64,000 nucleotides of DNA from Somniosus microcephalus (GCA_052327205.1 CM126220.1:39804001-39868000), one strand, 5' to 3'. Positions 23,778 through 36,471 are shown, counted from the first letter of the stretch. Program-made: numbers and translations. The notes: generated from the letters alone by a model not told the origin.

Positions 23778-25909
23778 ACCGATGAGAGTCAAGTGAAGAA
23801 GCAGTGGGAGAGGATCAGCATCATATCTTTAAAATGTTTCTAGGTCACGTATGCTAATCTGATGTGAAATGTGCAAAATAATCTTTTATGGCTACAGATA
23901 TAAACCTCGCACTTCAAAAATAAACCAGGGGCTTCAGGAGCTGCAAAACTTCTCTGTCCAGGGAGCTATCACGAGTTCTTCAACAATAACAGGAGCAGAA
24001 ATATTTTTAGAATTATTTTGTAAGCTTTCACACATTCATTGCTACTAACAAACAGATCCATCTATTACACAGCTGCAGCTAAAGCCGAGTATATTGCTAC
24101 AAAGCTTACTGGCATCAATTTCACTGACTGTTCACTACAGTAAAACGTGCCTATTTATTATACCCCACATCTACATTACAATAGAGAATATCTTTGAAAA
24201 GCAGAATTGCTTGAATAATTTGGCTCACAGTCGCTTTCCATTTTAATGACCTAATGTACAAAATCTCCATTTTAAAATGAGCTAGCTAGTGACCTAAACC
24301 ATTTAAAAATACAATTTTCTCCCAGTGGTACAAGTAGATTCATATACTGAATCACTAGGACACAGAATGGTAAGGGATAATGTGCTCTGACACAGTTCCT
24401 CACATGGTAAGTTCCTGACCTCAGACAGGGCTGTCTGAAGAGGTGGGAGGAGTGAAGAAATGGTTTCTTGCAGAGGATGGGTGGAGAGGAGGGGGAAATG
24501 GAAACAAGAGAGGACAAGTCAACTCAGGCCACCTAACAGGTAGCGGAGAACAGCACTGGCAGAAAACCTGGAAATATTCAGCAATGATTAATGGTACAGG
24601 CTGAAAAAAACAGTACAGAAAAAAAAAATAACAGGGGGAGTGTCAAATTTCTCATGCTGAGGGATAGTGAACAAGATACAGCATCATTAAAAGGAAAAAC
24701 ACAAATCTGAAATTAAAAACAAAAATATGCAGGTCTGTCAGTATCTAAAAATAATAAAACAGGTTCTGATGTTTCAGGTATGTGTCCTTTTATCAGAACT
24801 GAAGATAAAAATCAAACATTTCAATAAGGGTAGAAGAGAGAAAATAGGGGCAGGGGAGGGGAAGAGAATCAGCAGATACACCAATCACAGTGAGGGAGTT
24901 AATGGATTAAATGGCCTGCAATGTGCTCAATAGAAATCTTAGATGATATAAAGGATCAGTGAGATGATACAGAGATATAAAAAGGACAAAGGGACACGCA
25001 AATAGCAGGGGGGTAAAAAAGACACAAAAGAGCTCCACACAAACAAAACCTGAGAAAATAAGGAAAAACAAGAGAAAAAAAACAAGCTGCATATGCAGCA
25101 GATCTGAAATTAAAACAAAGCGCAGGCAGATTCACTAACTGCAACGAGAAAAGAAAAAAACAGGTTCACACATGGCCTCAAACCTGTGCCAGCAATGTTC
25201 TCTGACTAAGAGTCTCCAACCTAAAGGAAAAAGATATTTTGGATGCTTTAGTGAGGAAGGTAGAGTCATCAAAGCAAATAGAGAGCTGGGAGAAACTGAG
25301 AGAAAAGGATGTCATTCTTTTAGTGGGTGGGATGGGAAGAAGTATAATCAAGGTAGCTGTAGGAGTTAATAGGTGTATGTGGAAAGCTCACTGGCAGAAA
25401 TGGAGAGGGGAAAGTCCATAAAGGGCAGGGAGGGGATAGAATGGACCATGTGAAGGTGAGGGATGGGTGGAAATCAGAACAATGAATAGTAAATGAAATT
25501 CTACATCTGCTGAATTGAAATAAAATATCCAGTTAATTTTTTTTAATTGAATATTAAAAAGGTTGTAATTTTTAGCAAGAAACCCAAAAGACGTTATTAG
25601 TTTTGAAAGAACTGAAAAAATATAACAGTTTAATTATAAAACTGAAATCATGTTTGCTTTTTTGGTTTCTTCAATTTAGTATTTTTCAGTGGGAAGATGA
25701 TACTGCTTAGGATGCAATAATCTGGGGACTGGTGTTTGATTAAACCTTGTGGTGGAATGCAAGTTTATCCTCATAATTCTCCATATGGGGAGCTCGAGAT
25801 TGTGAGGGCTGTCAGGACGAGGCATCAAGTGGAGGTGACGTGCCACAGGGAGAGAGAAAAAAATATCTAGTAGGCCAGTCTGCCCAGATTGTTAGCATGC
25901 ATTCTGAGC

Positions 25910-26045
25910 ATAGAAACATAGAAAAATAGGAGTAGGAATAGGCCATTCGAGCCTGCTCCGCCATTCAATATGATCATGGCTGATCCTCTCTCTCAATACC
26001 ATATTCCCCTTCTCTCCCCATACCCCTTGATGCCTTTTGTGTCTA
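25910..26045 (-). mobile_element. CR1/HER1 3' terminal fragment
   Basis: (catagaaa)n followed by gagcctgctccgccattcaatatgatcatggctgatc, the reverse complement of the CR1 tail. Confidence 0.8.
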
Positions 26046-26403
26046 GCAAAAGTAGACTGGGAGGTTGCTGGGGAAGTGTGTGTGGCATCAGCACAGGGTA
26101 GGAAGAACCTCATAAAAAGGACAATAAATTTTTACATGGAAAAAAATGAATGCAAGGGATAAAAAGGATGCACTGGAATTGTATGAATCATTAGTTTTCA
26201 GGATTTAATAAAATGAAAAAAGTGTGTCAAATCATTACTGTGAAACTTGAATTCACGTCAAATCAACTTGCACTATCATGTCGTAAATGTAGAGAAATGT
26301 TTTAAAGCACTTCACAGAGGTGAGAGAGAAAAAAATGCTGCTAAGCCAAATGAGAAGATATTAGGGGAGGTGACCAAAAGCTTAGTCACAGAGGTGGGTT
26401 TTG

Positions 26404-26670
26404 AGAAGGAGTTTAAATGACGGGAGGGAGGTAGAAGGAGTTTAAATGACGGGAGGGAGGTAGAAGGAGTTTAAATGACGGGAGGGAGGTAGAAGGAGTT
26501 TAAATGACGGGAGGGAGGTAGAAGGAGTTTAAATGACGGGAGGGAGGTAGAAGGAGTTTAAATGACGGGAGGGAGGTAGAAGGAGTTTAAATGACGGGAG
26601 GGAGGTAGAAGGAGTTTAAATGACGGGAGGGAGGTAGAAGGAGTTTAAATGACGGGAGGGAGGTAGAAGG
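26404..26670. repeat. Minisatellite: 9 identical 29-bp units plus 6 bp (agaaggagtttaaatgacgggagggaggt)
   Basis: Units start at 26404, 26433 ... 26636, 26665; contiguous with a minus-strand L2-like tail at about 26260-26403. Confidence 0.97.
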
Positions 26671-29094
26671 GTTTCCAACTCTGGTTGGACATATTCATGA
26701 AAGCTGCCGATTCCACAGTGTTTATCTCCATTCACAACAATCCCGACAATGAAGCAGCCCATGCCAGCCTACTGCAGGACCTGGATAACATCAAGGATTG
26801 GGCTGACAAGTAGCAAGCCACGTAAGTGCTGGGTAATGACTACCTTGAACTAGAGGAACTCCAGCCCTCTCCTCTGGACATTAAATGGTACCACCATAGT
26901 AGAGTTGCCCACCATCAACATCATGATCTCCCTAACTAACGCTATTCTAAGCGTTCTATCACCACAAAGTGCAGTACGCCAAGGAGAAGGTCTACCACCT
27001 TCTCAGGTCAACTAGGAATGGGCAATAAATGCAACATATCGCCCACATCCCGAGAATAAAAAAAACTTTTTGCTTCCTTTGTAGTAGCTGGTTTCCTGTG
27101 CTATTATTCACGACGTACTTTGGCCAAAGGATCAATCGCATTTGCTAAAAAAAGTGACATCAACAATAGCACTGTACATGCTTAAAAGTAAAGAGGTAGT
27201 TTAAATGCCAAATGATCAGGGATTGATGAGTAGCAGCTACCAAATAGTCACCTGGTTATCAGGGACCAATATACAAGTTATCATAGATGAGATTTTTCAG
27301 TCACATTGTTCTCACAGACCAGTCATGCACTCAACAAATAAATGAGATTAACAATTGTTCTTTATATATCTAAATGTAAAGAGATAGTTAAAATGCCAAG
27401 TGATCTGGGATCCATGATAAATGAAAGTTTTCAGTCACAATGTTCTCGCTGACCAATCATTTCAGGGACTCACTTGTGTGTGTGATATATCGATAGAGAG
27501 GCAGCTATAGTATTGCCACACATACATTATATATATATATAACATATATAGGCAACTATAGCAGTGCCACTTATATCATCAGTAAAGCACTCAATTTTCG
27601 ATAGTCGTCACTGCCACATAACAAGAATTTACGCTGCATTATGTTCAAGTAAATAGGTTCAAAATATCTTACACAGCACATCTATTCTGGGGAAATAATG
27701 ATTTTTGCCTCAATAACTACCAGGGTGTATCTGCAGTAGTCAAACAAGAAGTAAAAATCCTACTGGTGATCAGTGTATAACTAGGTCAATAAGTAGCTCA
27801 TGTTAAGATTTGTAAATTGCGATCATAAATTAAAGGCATCGTGCAATTTTACTGCAGCTACAGATCAATCATTTTTCAAATTGCGAAACAAAAATAAAAG
27901 GCACCTTGATGTTTATACTCATTAGTTTTTACATTTGTGGCTCATTTTTAAAGGCTTGTATTTCAAAATAGGAAGAAAAAACAAAATGCCTATTAGAAAG
28001 TACATGAAGAAATCTTCCTCAAAAAAATATGCAAAAATCAAGTTACTAAATTGCAAAAGATAGTTAGCAAATAATTACCCCGTCCTAAAAGATGTGGATA
28101 TTATGCATTTCTTGGAAAAAGAAACATGTTAAAAAGGAGCTTTGTATCAGATGTAGTGCATGTTAAGAAAATGTTCCCACATAGCTTTTCTGCAGCTGGA
28201 ATGGGAAAGTACAATACGTTTCAGGTTGACACAAACTTTTCCCTGTTGGCCACCTAGATTAGAAAAGTCAATGTAGCGCCCTGTGATTACAGCAGTGGCA
28301 ATAACTTAAAAAATCAGTATCTCAAAAGAAAATTTTGCTTAAGGTCATATCCAAATATCATAATTAATGCACAAGTAGCAAAATTAGTTTTAAAGCACCT
28401 AAATATTTATTTCTAAATGGTGATACTATTATATGCAGATCAAGGTTTGACAGTTAAGAGTATTCTGGAAAACATTCAGTTCCATGCATTCCAATTTTGG
28501 GAAATTTATAAATGATAGCCTAAGTTTAACCAAATGCTGAAATCCTCATGAATGCCTTTGTCATCTCCAGACTCAACTATTCCAATGGATGGCCTCGCAC
28601 CCTCTATAAATTCAGCTCATCCAAAACTCAGCTGCCTGTATTCTATCCCACTCAACCATCTCGTTGCCGATTTACACTAGCTCCCATACCCTACAGAGCC
28701 TTTAATTTAATTAAAAATTTGCCTTCTTGTGTTTAAATCCCTGATTACGTTTCGGTGAAGCACTTTTCTACATTAAAGTATTTTAAGTTTTTGTTGATAT
28801 TTAAGTTTGGGTGAATGTAAGGTGACAAAATAGAGTACTAGTGGCAATAGATAAATTAAACACGAGACCCCTGTGCTTATTGCAGTCATTTAGAGACAAT
28901 ATACATGTACTAATACAACTTTGTTTCTCAAATCCATTTAATATATTTGTTCACAGCTTTAAAGTAACAAATTTGGTTAAATATCAGCAATACACCAACA
29001 TCTTATTTCATTCAACAGAAAGTTACTTTATTGTAAACATGGGAAGAAACCTATATTATAGTTTTAGAAAAAAATTGCTGCTATTTAATGTAGG

Positions 29095-31140
29095 CAACCG
29101 GGTCCGTGAGAATAACCGACCTCTACCGTGCGGAGGCTGAACGCCAACTCTCCGACACCGCCTCCTACCTCCCCCTGGACCATGACCCCACCACCAAACA
29201 TCAAGCAATCATTTCCAAGACTGTCACTGACCTCATCTCCTCTGGAGATCTTCCCTCCATGGTCGTCAACCTCATAGTCCCCAAACCCCACAGACCCCCT
29301 TCCCAAGATCCACAAACAGGACTGCCCTGGTAGACCCATCGTTTCAGCCTGTTCTTGCCCCACAGAACTGATTTCTTACTATCTCGATTCTATTTTTTCT
29401 CCTTGTCCAGTCTCTTCCCACCTACATTTGCGACTCTTCCAATGCCCTCCACCACTAACAGTTTACAGTTTCCTGGCCCCAACCATCTCCTTTTCACTAT
29501 GGACGTCCAATCCCTCTACACCTCCATCCCCCACCAAGACGTCCTGAAGGCGCTCCACTTCTTCCTTGAACAGAGGCCCAACCAGTCCCCATCCACCACC
29601 ACCCTCCTCTGCCTGGCTGAACTTGTTCTCACATTGAACAACTTCTCCTTTGACTCCACTCACTTCCTCCAAATTAAAGGTGTTGCTATGGGAACCCGCA
29701 TGGGCCCTAGCTATGCTTGCCTTTTCGTGGGGTATGTGGAACATTCTTTGTTCCAGTCCTACTCAGGTCCTCTCCCTCACCTCTTTTTCCAGTACATCGA
29801 TGACTGTATTGGTGCCGTTTCCTGCTCTCGCCCTGAACTAGAAAAGTTCATTCACTTTGCTTCCAATTTCCACCCTTCCTTCACCTTCACATGGTCCATC
29901 TCCGACTCTTCTCTTTCTTGACTTCTCTGTCTCCATGTCTGGAGATAGGCTAGCGACAAACATCCACTACAAGCCCACTGACTCCCACAACTACCTGGAC
30001 TACACTTCCTCCCACCCCACTTCCTCTAAGGACTATTCCATTCTCCCAGTTTCTCCGTCTCCGCCGCATCTGTTCTGACGATGCCACCTTCCATACCAGT
30101 GCTTCCGACATGTCTTCCTTTTTCCTCAACTGAGGATTCCCCTCTACTGTGGTTGGCATGGCCCTTGCCCATGTCCGTTCCATTTCCCGTACTTCTGCTC
30201 TCACCCCTTCTCCCTCCCAGAACCACGATAGGATTCCCCTTGTCCTCCCCTTTCACCCCACCAGCCTCCACATTCAATGGATCATCCTCCGCCATTTCCA
30301 ACGTGATCCTGCCATTAAACGCATCTTCCCCTCCCCTTTCAACATTCCGAAGGGACCACTCCCTCCGCAACACCCTGGTCCACTCCTCAATCATCCCCAA
30401 CAGCCCCTCCCCTCCCCACAGCACCTTCCCGCGCAAGCTCAGGAGATGCAACACCTGCCCTTTTACATCCTCCCTTCCCACTGTCCAGGGCCCCAAACAC
30501 CCCTTCCAGGTGAAACAGCAATTTACTTGTACTTCTTGCAATTTAGTATACTGTATTCGCTGTTCACGATGCAGTCTCCTCTACATTGGGGAGACCAAAT
30601 GCAGATTGGGTGACCGCTTTGCAGAACACCTCCGTTGTCCGTAAGGGTGACCCCGAGCTTCCAGTCGCTTGTCACTTTAATTCTCTGCTCCACTCCCACT
30701 CTGACACCTCTGTCCTCGGCCTCTTGCACTGTTCCAATGAAGCGCAACGTAAGCTCGAAGGACAGCACCTCATCTTTCCATTAGGCCCTTTACAGCCTTC
30801 TGGACTCAACACTGAGTTCAACAATTTCAGACTATAACCCCATTTTTTCAGGTGGCAGCTGCTGATGATTCTGCCATCCCCATTTGTAACATTTAATCTC
30901 TCCTGCCTTCAATCCTAGCACAGACCGTCCTTTTAGTTCCTTCCCCCACCCACCTTCCCCTGCCTCTGCCCCTGCTTGAAACCTGTTACATCTCTAACTT
31001 TTTCCAGTTCTGACGAAGGGTCCCAGACCTGAAATGTTAACTCTGTTTCTCACTCCACGGATGCTGCCTGGCCTGCTGAGTGTTTCCAGCATTTTCTGTT
31101 GTTATTTCAGATTTCCAGCATCCGCAGTATTTTGCTATTA
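29095..31140 (+). mobile_element. Penelope-like retroelement (RT + GIY-YIG endonuclease), decayed
   Basis: TMDVQSLYTSIPH, QIKGVAMGTRMGPSYACLFVG, QYIDD, YKPTDSHNYLDY and NLVYCIRCSRCSLLYIGETKCRLGDRFAEH; several frameshifts. Confidence 0.93.
31006..31042 (+). ncRNA. Minimal hammerhead-ribozyme-like motif in the Penelope terminal repeat (probably degenerate)
   Basis: agtt CTGACGA a gggtc-cca-gacct GAAA tgtt aact: core boxes, stem II and a 4-bp stem I. Confidence 0.55.
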
Positions 31141-34100
31141 TCTGTGAGAATAAAGCCTAACCAACAAAAAACAGCTGAAACAATGCCAGTCATCAACTGT
31201 AACTGCTGGTAGAGCCATTAAGCAACTAAATTTCACCTGAATCAGAAAACTAAATTGTAAATCTGGAATTTTTTTTTTTTAAACCGTGAAAAATGTAATT
31301 GAATGACATGAACATTTAAAACCAGACGACACTGCAGTAACATACTACACGCAGCAACATCATTAGGTTTTGTACAGAACAGGATAAACTGAAGCTTGAA
31401 ATTTAAATGATTACAAATATTTAGCATTTGAATTGATTATGACAATATTTTTCACATCTTTTATGCTACAATAGAATGTTGGGAATAACATTCAAATTAG
31501 TAATTATTGAAGAACAGTAGTTGAACATATATTCTCAAAAAATGTTTTTACACATCAAAATAATACAAATTTCATTTAATTTCAATTAATAGGCATTAAT
31601 AAACTCACTGGGGAATATATAAACTTGCCTTAAGCACACTACCCAGTTCACTAACACTGCTTGATACTTTAAACAGTACAGGAGGATTACAAAACATGAA
31701 ACCAGCAAGCACATTTGTGAAAGCAACTCAATGCCTGATAATAAGTTAACAAACTTAGTTAAAATCTAATGAAACATCTCCAATATACTGAGTCAGTAGT
31801 AGGTCACACAATTTATAGATGAATGAACACACACATGCACACACATCTCCCGGCATGCCCATTTGTGAAGAGACTTAGTGTCTGATGATTGAGGCTACTT
31901 ATGAAGCTTTGTATTGCAAAAACTGAGGTGCTACATCAGTGTTCATGGACACAAACGTGCACGCACATGCACATATAGGTGCCAGCATGCCCATTGTTGA
32001 AATAAACTCAGTGTTTGATGCGAAGTTATCACCCATGAAGTGTACTTAAAACCTGATGAAGCGTGTTTAAAATCTGGTGAAGCATTTTAAACTTATTCTG
32101 ATGAGCAGAAATTGTCCACAGACGGCGGATGGACAGTACCATACCATGAATCACCCCGCTTCTGCCGCGTGGGGGAAGAATTAAAAAGCGTCAGCTACAT
32201 TAATTGATATCCAATTCTGATGAAATCTCAGCTTATATAGTGCTAAAGTACTTAGTGAATGGTTATAAAATAATGGTATATATTCAGTACTCAATTTGAA
32301 TTTACAAAACCAGTCTGATCTAAAAACACCACAGTATCTATCATAGTTTGAAAAAAAAAAGAGTAATTCAGTCCAACAACTTGGTTTCCTAATTCATAAG
32401 TGAAGAATGAGATATGGAGGGATTGTGCAATACCACTTCCTATGTCACTGTTGATATTGACTTCATTCATGAATTATGCAGGGCATTTTCTAATTATACT
32501 TTATGCATTATTTTCCCTTTACCTCTTAGTCTTCCTGTGTGTTACACTGCATTATTTTGTCATTAAAAGAGCAGGAAAGTGATTGCACCAAAGCCCTGCT
32601 GAGGGTCACTCTATAACCAACCTTTTGGATGTGAATGTGGCCTGGGATGACGCTCCCATTTGCTTTCTTTTCCCCCTCCCACTGGAGTAGCACCTAGTCT
32701 CCCTATTATAGCACAAGTGATTAACTGAAAACTTACTGTCTGGAGCACAAAAAAAATCAGTCGTCATGAATGACCATCCCGCCCTTCTATACTATGCCAT
32801 GTGGCATCACTGTGCTATGCCATTAAGATATTTTGCTTAAAATAGCAATGTTAACATTTTATTTTCATTTATCTTTGCACATCTGGATAGACATCAATCA
32901 AAGGGCAACAGAATTATTCACTGTGGTGTCACAATGTCTACCAGGAAGACTTTGAATTAAACCCCAGTTGTAGCAGTAACTGCCTTCACCAGTGTGGCTT
33001 TAACAGAGGTAGCATACATCATAATCCTCTACTGACTAATTCAATGTCTTCAGCTGTGGCAAAATACTATTACCACACTGAAGTTAAGGCATCTGCACAG
33101 TATTTTCTGCACAGCATAACTTCTCTTTGTCAATGTATCACAAAGATCATCTGCTTTCCAATGGGTTAAAATCACTACCCAAATAAAATGTTTCTTTCAG
33201 TAAATTAAATACTACACTATGTAAAACTTACTTGTGGCAATGATAGATTACATAATAGGGACCAAGCAAAGTACACGGCATACACCAACATGCTAGACCA
33301 TCATTATCCAGCAGTGTTGTTCAGCAAGATAATGGGCAATGAGGATTTTTCTTGCATTCAGGATAAATTAGTTGCATCCTCTAATTATTTCTAAACAAGC
33401 ATTTATAAAGCAAAGTGGGGTGATACTGGATACAAATTACTGCAACATTGAAATAAAGAGTTGGATTGTCATATTTTACTTAAATGTTCTACTGCCTCAC
33501 CTCTAGATGAATCCCATGCAATTTTTCTATTCTTTAAGATTTATTTCCTTGAATTTTTGAAGGTTCTTTCGTAAAGCCCAGAAAGAAATCTCTGCTTGCG
33601 AGAAAGACAAGAGTATGCTGCAGTTGTATAAATAAGGGGATCCCCCTGGAGTTTGCCCATTTTCTAGCCTTGGTGCTTGATTTCAGACCAATAGTGAGCT
33701 GTCCTTTTCAAATAAACTCAAGTCTCCCCCCGTCCCTCCACTTCCCTTTCTCACCAGTGCACAAGTTATGAACAGGGCTCCACGGAGAGCCTGCCACGGA
33801 GAACTGGATTTTGCCTTAAAAGAATATTGAGGAGGCAAACAGGAATACATGGGAGCAAATACTTAACATTCAAAGTATTTACCCCTGGAGTTACATTTCT
33901 TTAAATATTTCTAAAATATGAATATACTAACATATAAGCGCTATTTGCCAAAAACATCTTTGACGGTACTAGCATAACTGTCGAAAGCAAAAACAGATTA
34001 AATTTTTCCAAAAGTAATGTATTTACTCCTAAACAAGAAGCATTCTTTTTCACCAATAAGTTCCATCAATACTATCATTTTTTTTTGGTTATTGCAGAGA

Positions 34101-34304
34101 CTTGACAATACTGTAAAACTATGCTGCAAATGCAGTTTAATTTTGTGTGTTTGGTTAATTGAAAGATGTTTGTGGTTGGGAATGGAACACTTTCCATTTC
34201 TGGCACTTAATGTCAACATCAAGCAATCCCAGGTGAGATATAACACAGGCAGCTGCAAGAACAAAGCTCCTTCCACTCCGCCCTAACATTGTGCTTCAAC
34301 AACA

Positions 34305-34896
34305 ACAGCTCTACGACAACAAAATGTTTTTATATAGCGCCTTTAGCGTCCCAAGGCACGTTATCAAACAAAATTTGACACCGAGCTACATAAGGAGATA
34401 TTAGGACAGATAGGAGAAAGGGAGGTAGAGGGGGGGTTTTCGGGAGGGAATTCCTAGGCAGCTGAAGGCACAGCTGCCAATGGTGGAGCGATTAAAATGG
34501 GGGGTGTTCAAGAGGCCAGAATTGGAAGAGCGCAGATATCTCGGAGGGTTGTAGGGCGGGAGGAGATTACAGAGATAGGAAGGAGCAAGGCCATGAAGAG
34601 ATTTGAAAACAAGGATGCAAATTTTAATATCTAGGCGTTGCTTAACCGCGAGCAAATGTAGGTCAACGGGCACTGGGCTGATGGGTGAACTGGACTTGGT
34701 GCGAGTTAGGACACAGGCAGCAGAGTTTTGAATGACCTCAAGTTTACGGAGGGTAGAACGAGGCAGGCCGGCCAGGAGTGCGTTGGAATAGTCAAGTCCA
34801 GGAGGTAAAGGCATGGATGAGGGTTTCAGCAGCAGATAAGCTGAGGCAGGGGTGGAGTCGGGCGATGTTACGGAGGTGGAAATAGGCGGTCTTAGT
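34305..34896 (-). mobile_element. L2-like LINE 3' portion
   Basis: LDYSNALLAGLPRSTLRKLEVIQNSAA motif; same family as 21518-22453. Confidence 0.88.
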
Positions 34897-34956
34897 CTCG
34901 AATACACAAGTTTGCATTTTTTACACTTCTTACATGAACTATTAGGCATGTCTATG

Positions 34957-34974
34957 TGACGTTGCCATAGCAAC
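34957..34974. promoter_or_regulatory. Consensus RFX X-box overlapping a CRE-like TGACGT
   Basis: tgacGTTGCCATAGCAAC; X-box at 34961-34974. Confidence 0.55.
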
Positions 34975-35204
34975 AAATTATTAACAATTTTAGGCCCAAC
35001 CCACTAGGAACAGGACTGTGAATGCCCAAACTTATTTCACATAGGACCTTGTAGGCAGAGGGAACTTCCATCTCATCATTCTTGGCTACATTTCAACACT
35101 GATCCGAGAGGTGAAAGACCACCCACCTCACGACTCCTTTCCCACAATGTACTTTTCTATTTAGTCTTTAAAGAATGCAATAAAAGCAGAATTTTTTTTA
35201 AAAT

Positions 35205-35556
35205 CTCTGTAACCTCCTCCAGCCCTACAAGCCTTTGAGATATCTGCACTCCTCCAATTCTGGCACCATGCACATCCCCGATTTTAATTGCTCCACCATT
35301 GGCGGCCGTGATTTCCGCTGCCTTGACACTTAAGCTTTGGAATTCCCTCCCAAAATTTCTCCGCCTCGCTACCTCTCTCTCCTCTAAGTTACTCCTTACA
35401 ACCTAACTCTTTGACCAAGCTTTTGGTCATCTGTCCCGATATCTCCTTCTGTGGCTCAATGTCAACATTTTTTTTTTTTATTGATGACGCTCTTGTTAAG
35501 CGCCTTGGGACATTTTTGCATTGTTGAAGGTGCTATATAAATGCAAGTTGTTGCTG
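35205..35556 (+). mobile_element. L2-like LINE 3' end
   Basis: ctgtaacctcctccagccctacaa...ctctttgaccaagcttttggtcatctg...gctatataaatgcaagttgttg. Confidence 0.85.
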
Positions 35557-36364
35557 TTTCTGAAATTAGTGAAATTCCCCGGTTAAATAAGTAAGGATTA
35601 TATATACACACACGAGAAGGATTAGGAGTCAATCTTGTAAAATATGATGGAATTAATCACACTTTGTGGTCACTCACTTTTTTTGCTATTCAAAATGAAA
35701 TGCTGAAGATTTAGGTAGTGTATAAATTCAATGAAAACATTCCTTCCAGAGATCTGAACTTCGGATAATGAAGATTATATTTGGTGAGGTGAATATCGTA
35801 ACTTGAACTATACAATATGTGTACATAGCATTAAAAAAATCTTCCAGTTGAATGGCCAGGCGAGGTACTGTGCCCCAGCAAGAAATTTATGCCTTCAGGA
35901 GAGGAGGAGCAAAGAAAATTGGTGGAGGAGGGAGGGTAAAATAAGTTAACCCTTGAGCTACAGACTGACTGGCATTGCAATTTTGACAATGCTGCTTTTA
36001 AGATTATGATGTCTTGTAGGAGTTCCCAATTTTAACCATCCTGCAAAGGGAGGTGCCGTTCGGATGCCAAGCATCTCCCCGCAGAGGGAAAAATGCGAAC
36101 AGAGTGTATCCCTCCTGGTGGTGATCAAAAAAAATGTATTTTATCATTAAGGTTACAAGAAGCCTTCCAGGGACTGGTGTTTAGCGCAAAATAAATTCTT
36201 CAGTTCTCCACTATTGTGATGTGTGAAAATAGAGAAGTTAATGAAGATTGGTGAAATTAAGTCATTTGTGCTCTAGAGTTAAAAGATGACAACACTGTTA
36301 TATAAAGAACTATATCTATACAACAATATCACAATTATTTTGAACATTAAGTGCAGTTACTCAC

Positions 36365-36471
36365 ATTTCTTTGCAAAGGCTTCCTATTCTCTTATTCTCA
36401 GAGCTGAGCTGCTGTTTCGAATGGCTCAAATCTTCTTGGCATTTAGTGTTTTGTTCCTTAAGAGCTTCCAG
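36365..36471 (-). CDS. CLIP1: CLIP1 exon, 107 nt, phase 0-2 (LEALKEQNTKCQEDL...LCKEI)
   Basis: tttgtcag|CTG ... AAAT|gtgagt; similar to human LDTLKENNLKNVEEL...RKEI. Confidence 0.92.

Noticed and set aside
26404-26670. 29-bp repeats as a CRISPR array
   Set aside because: Units are head-to-tail with no spacers, there are no cas genes and the context is a eukaryotic intron.
29355-30837. RT plus nuclease ORFs as a retron or novel defence system
   Set aside because: This is the standard Penelope RT/GIY-YIG layout, broken by frameshifts.
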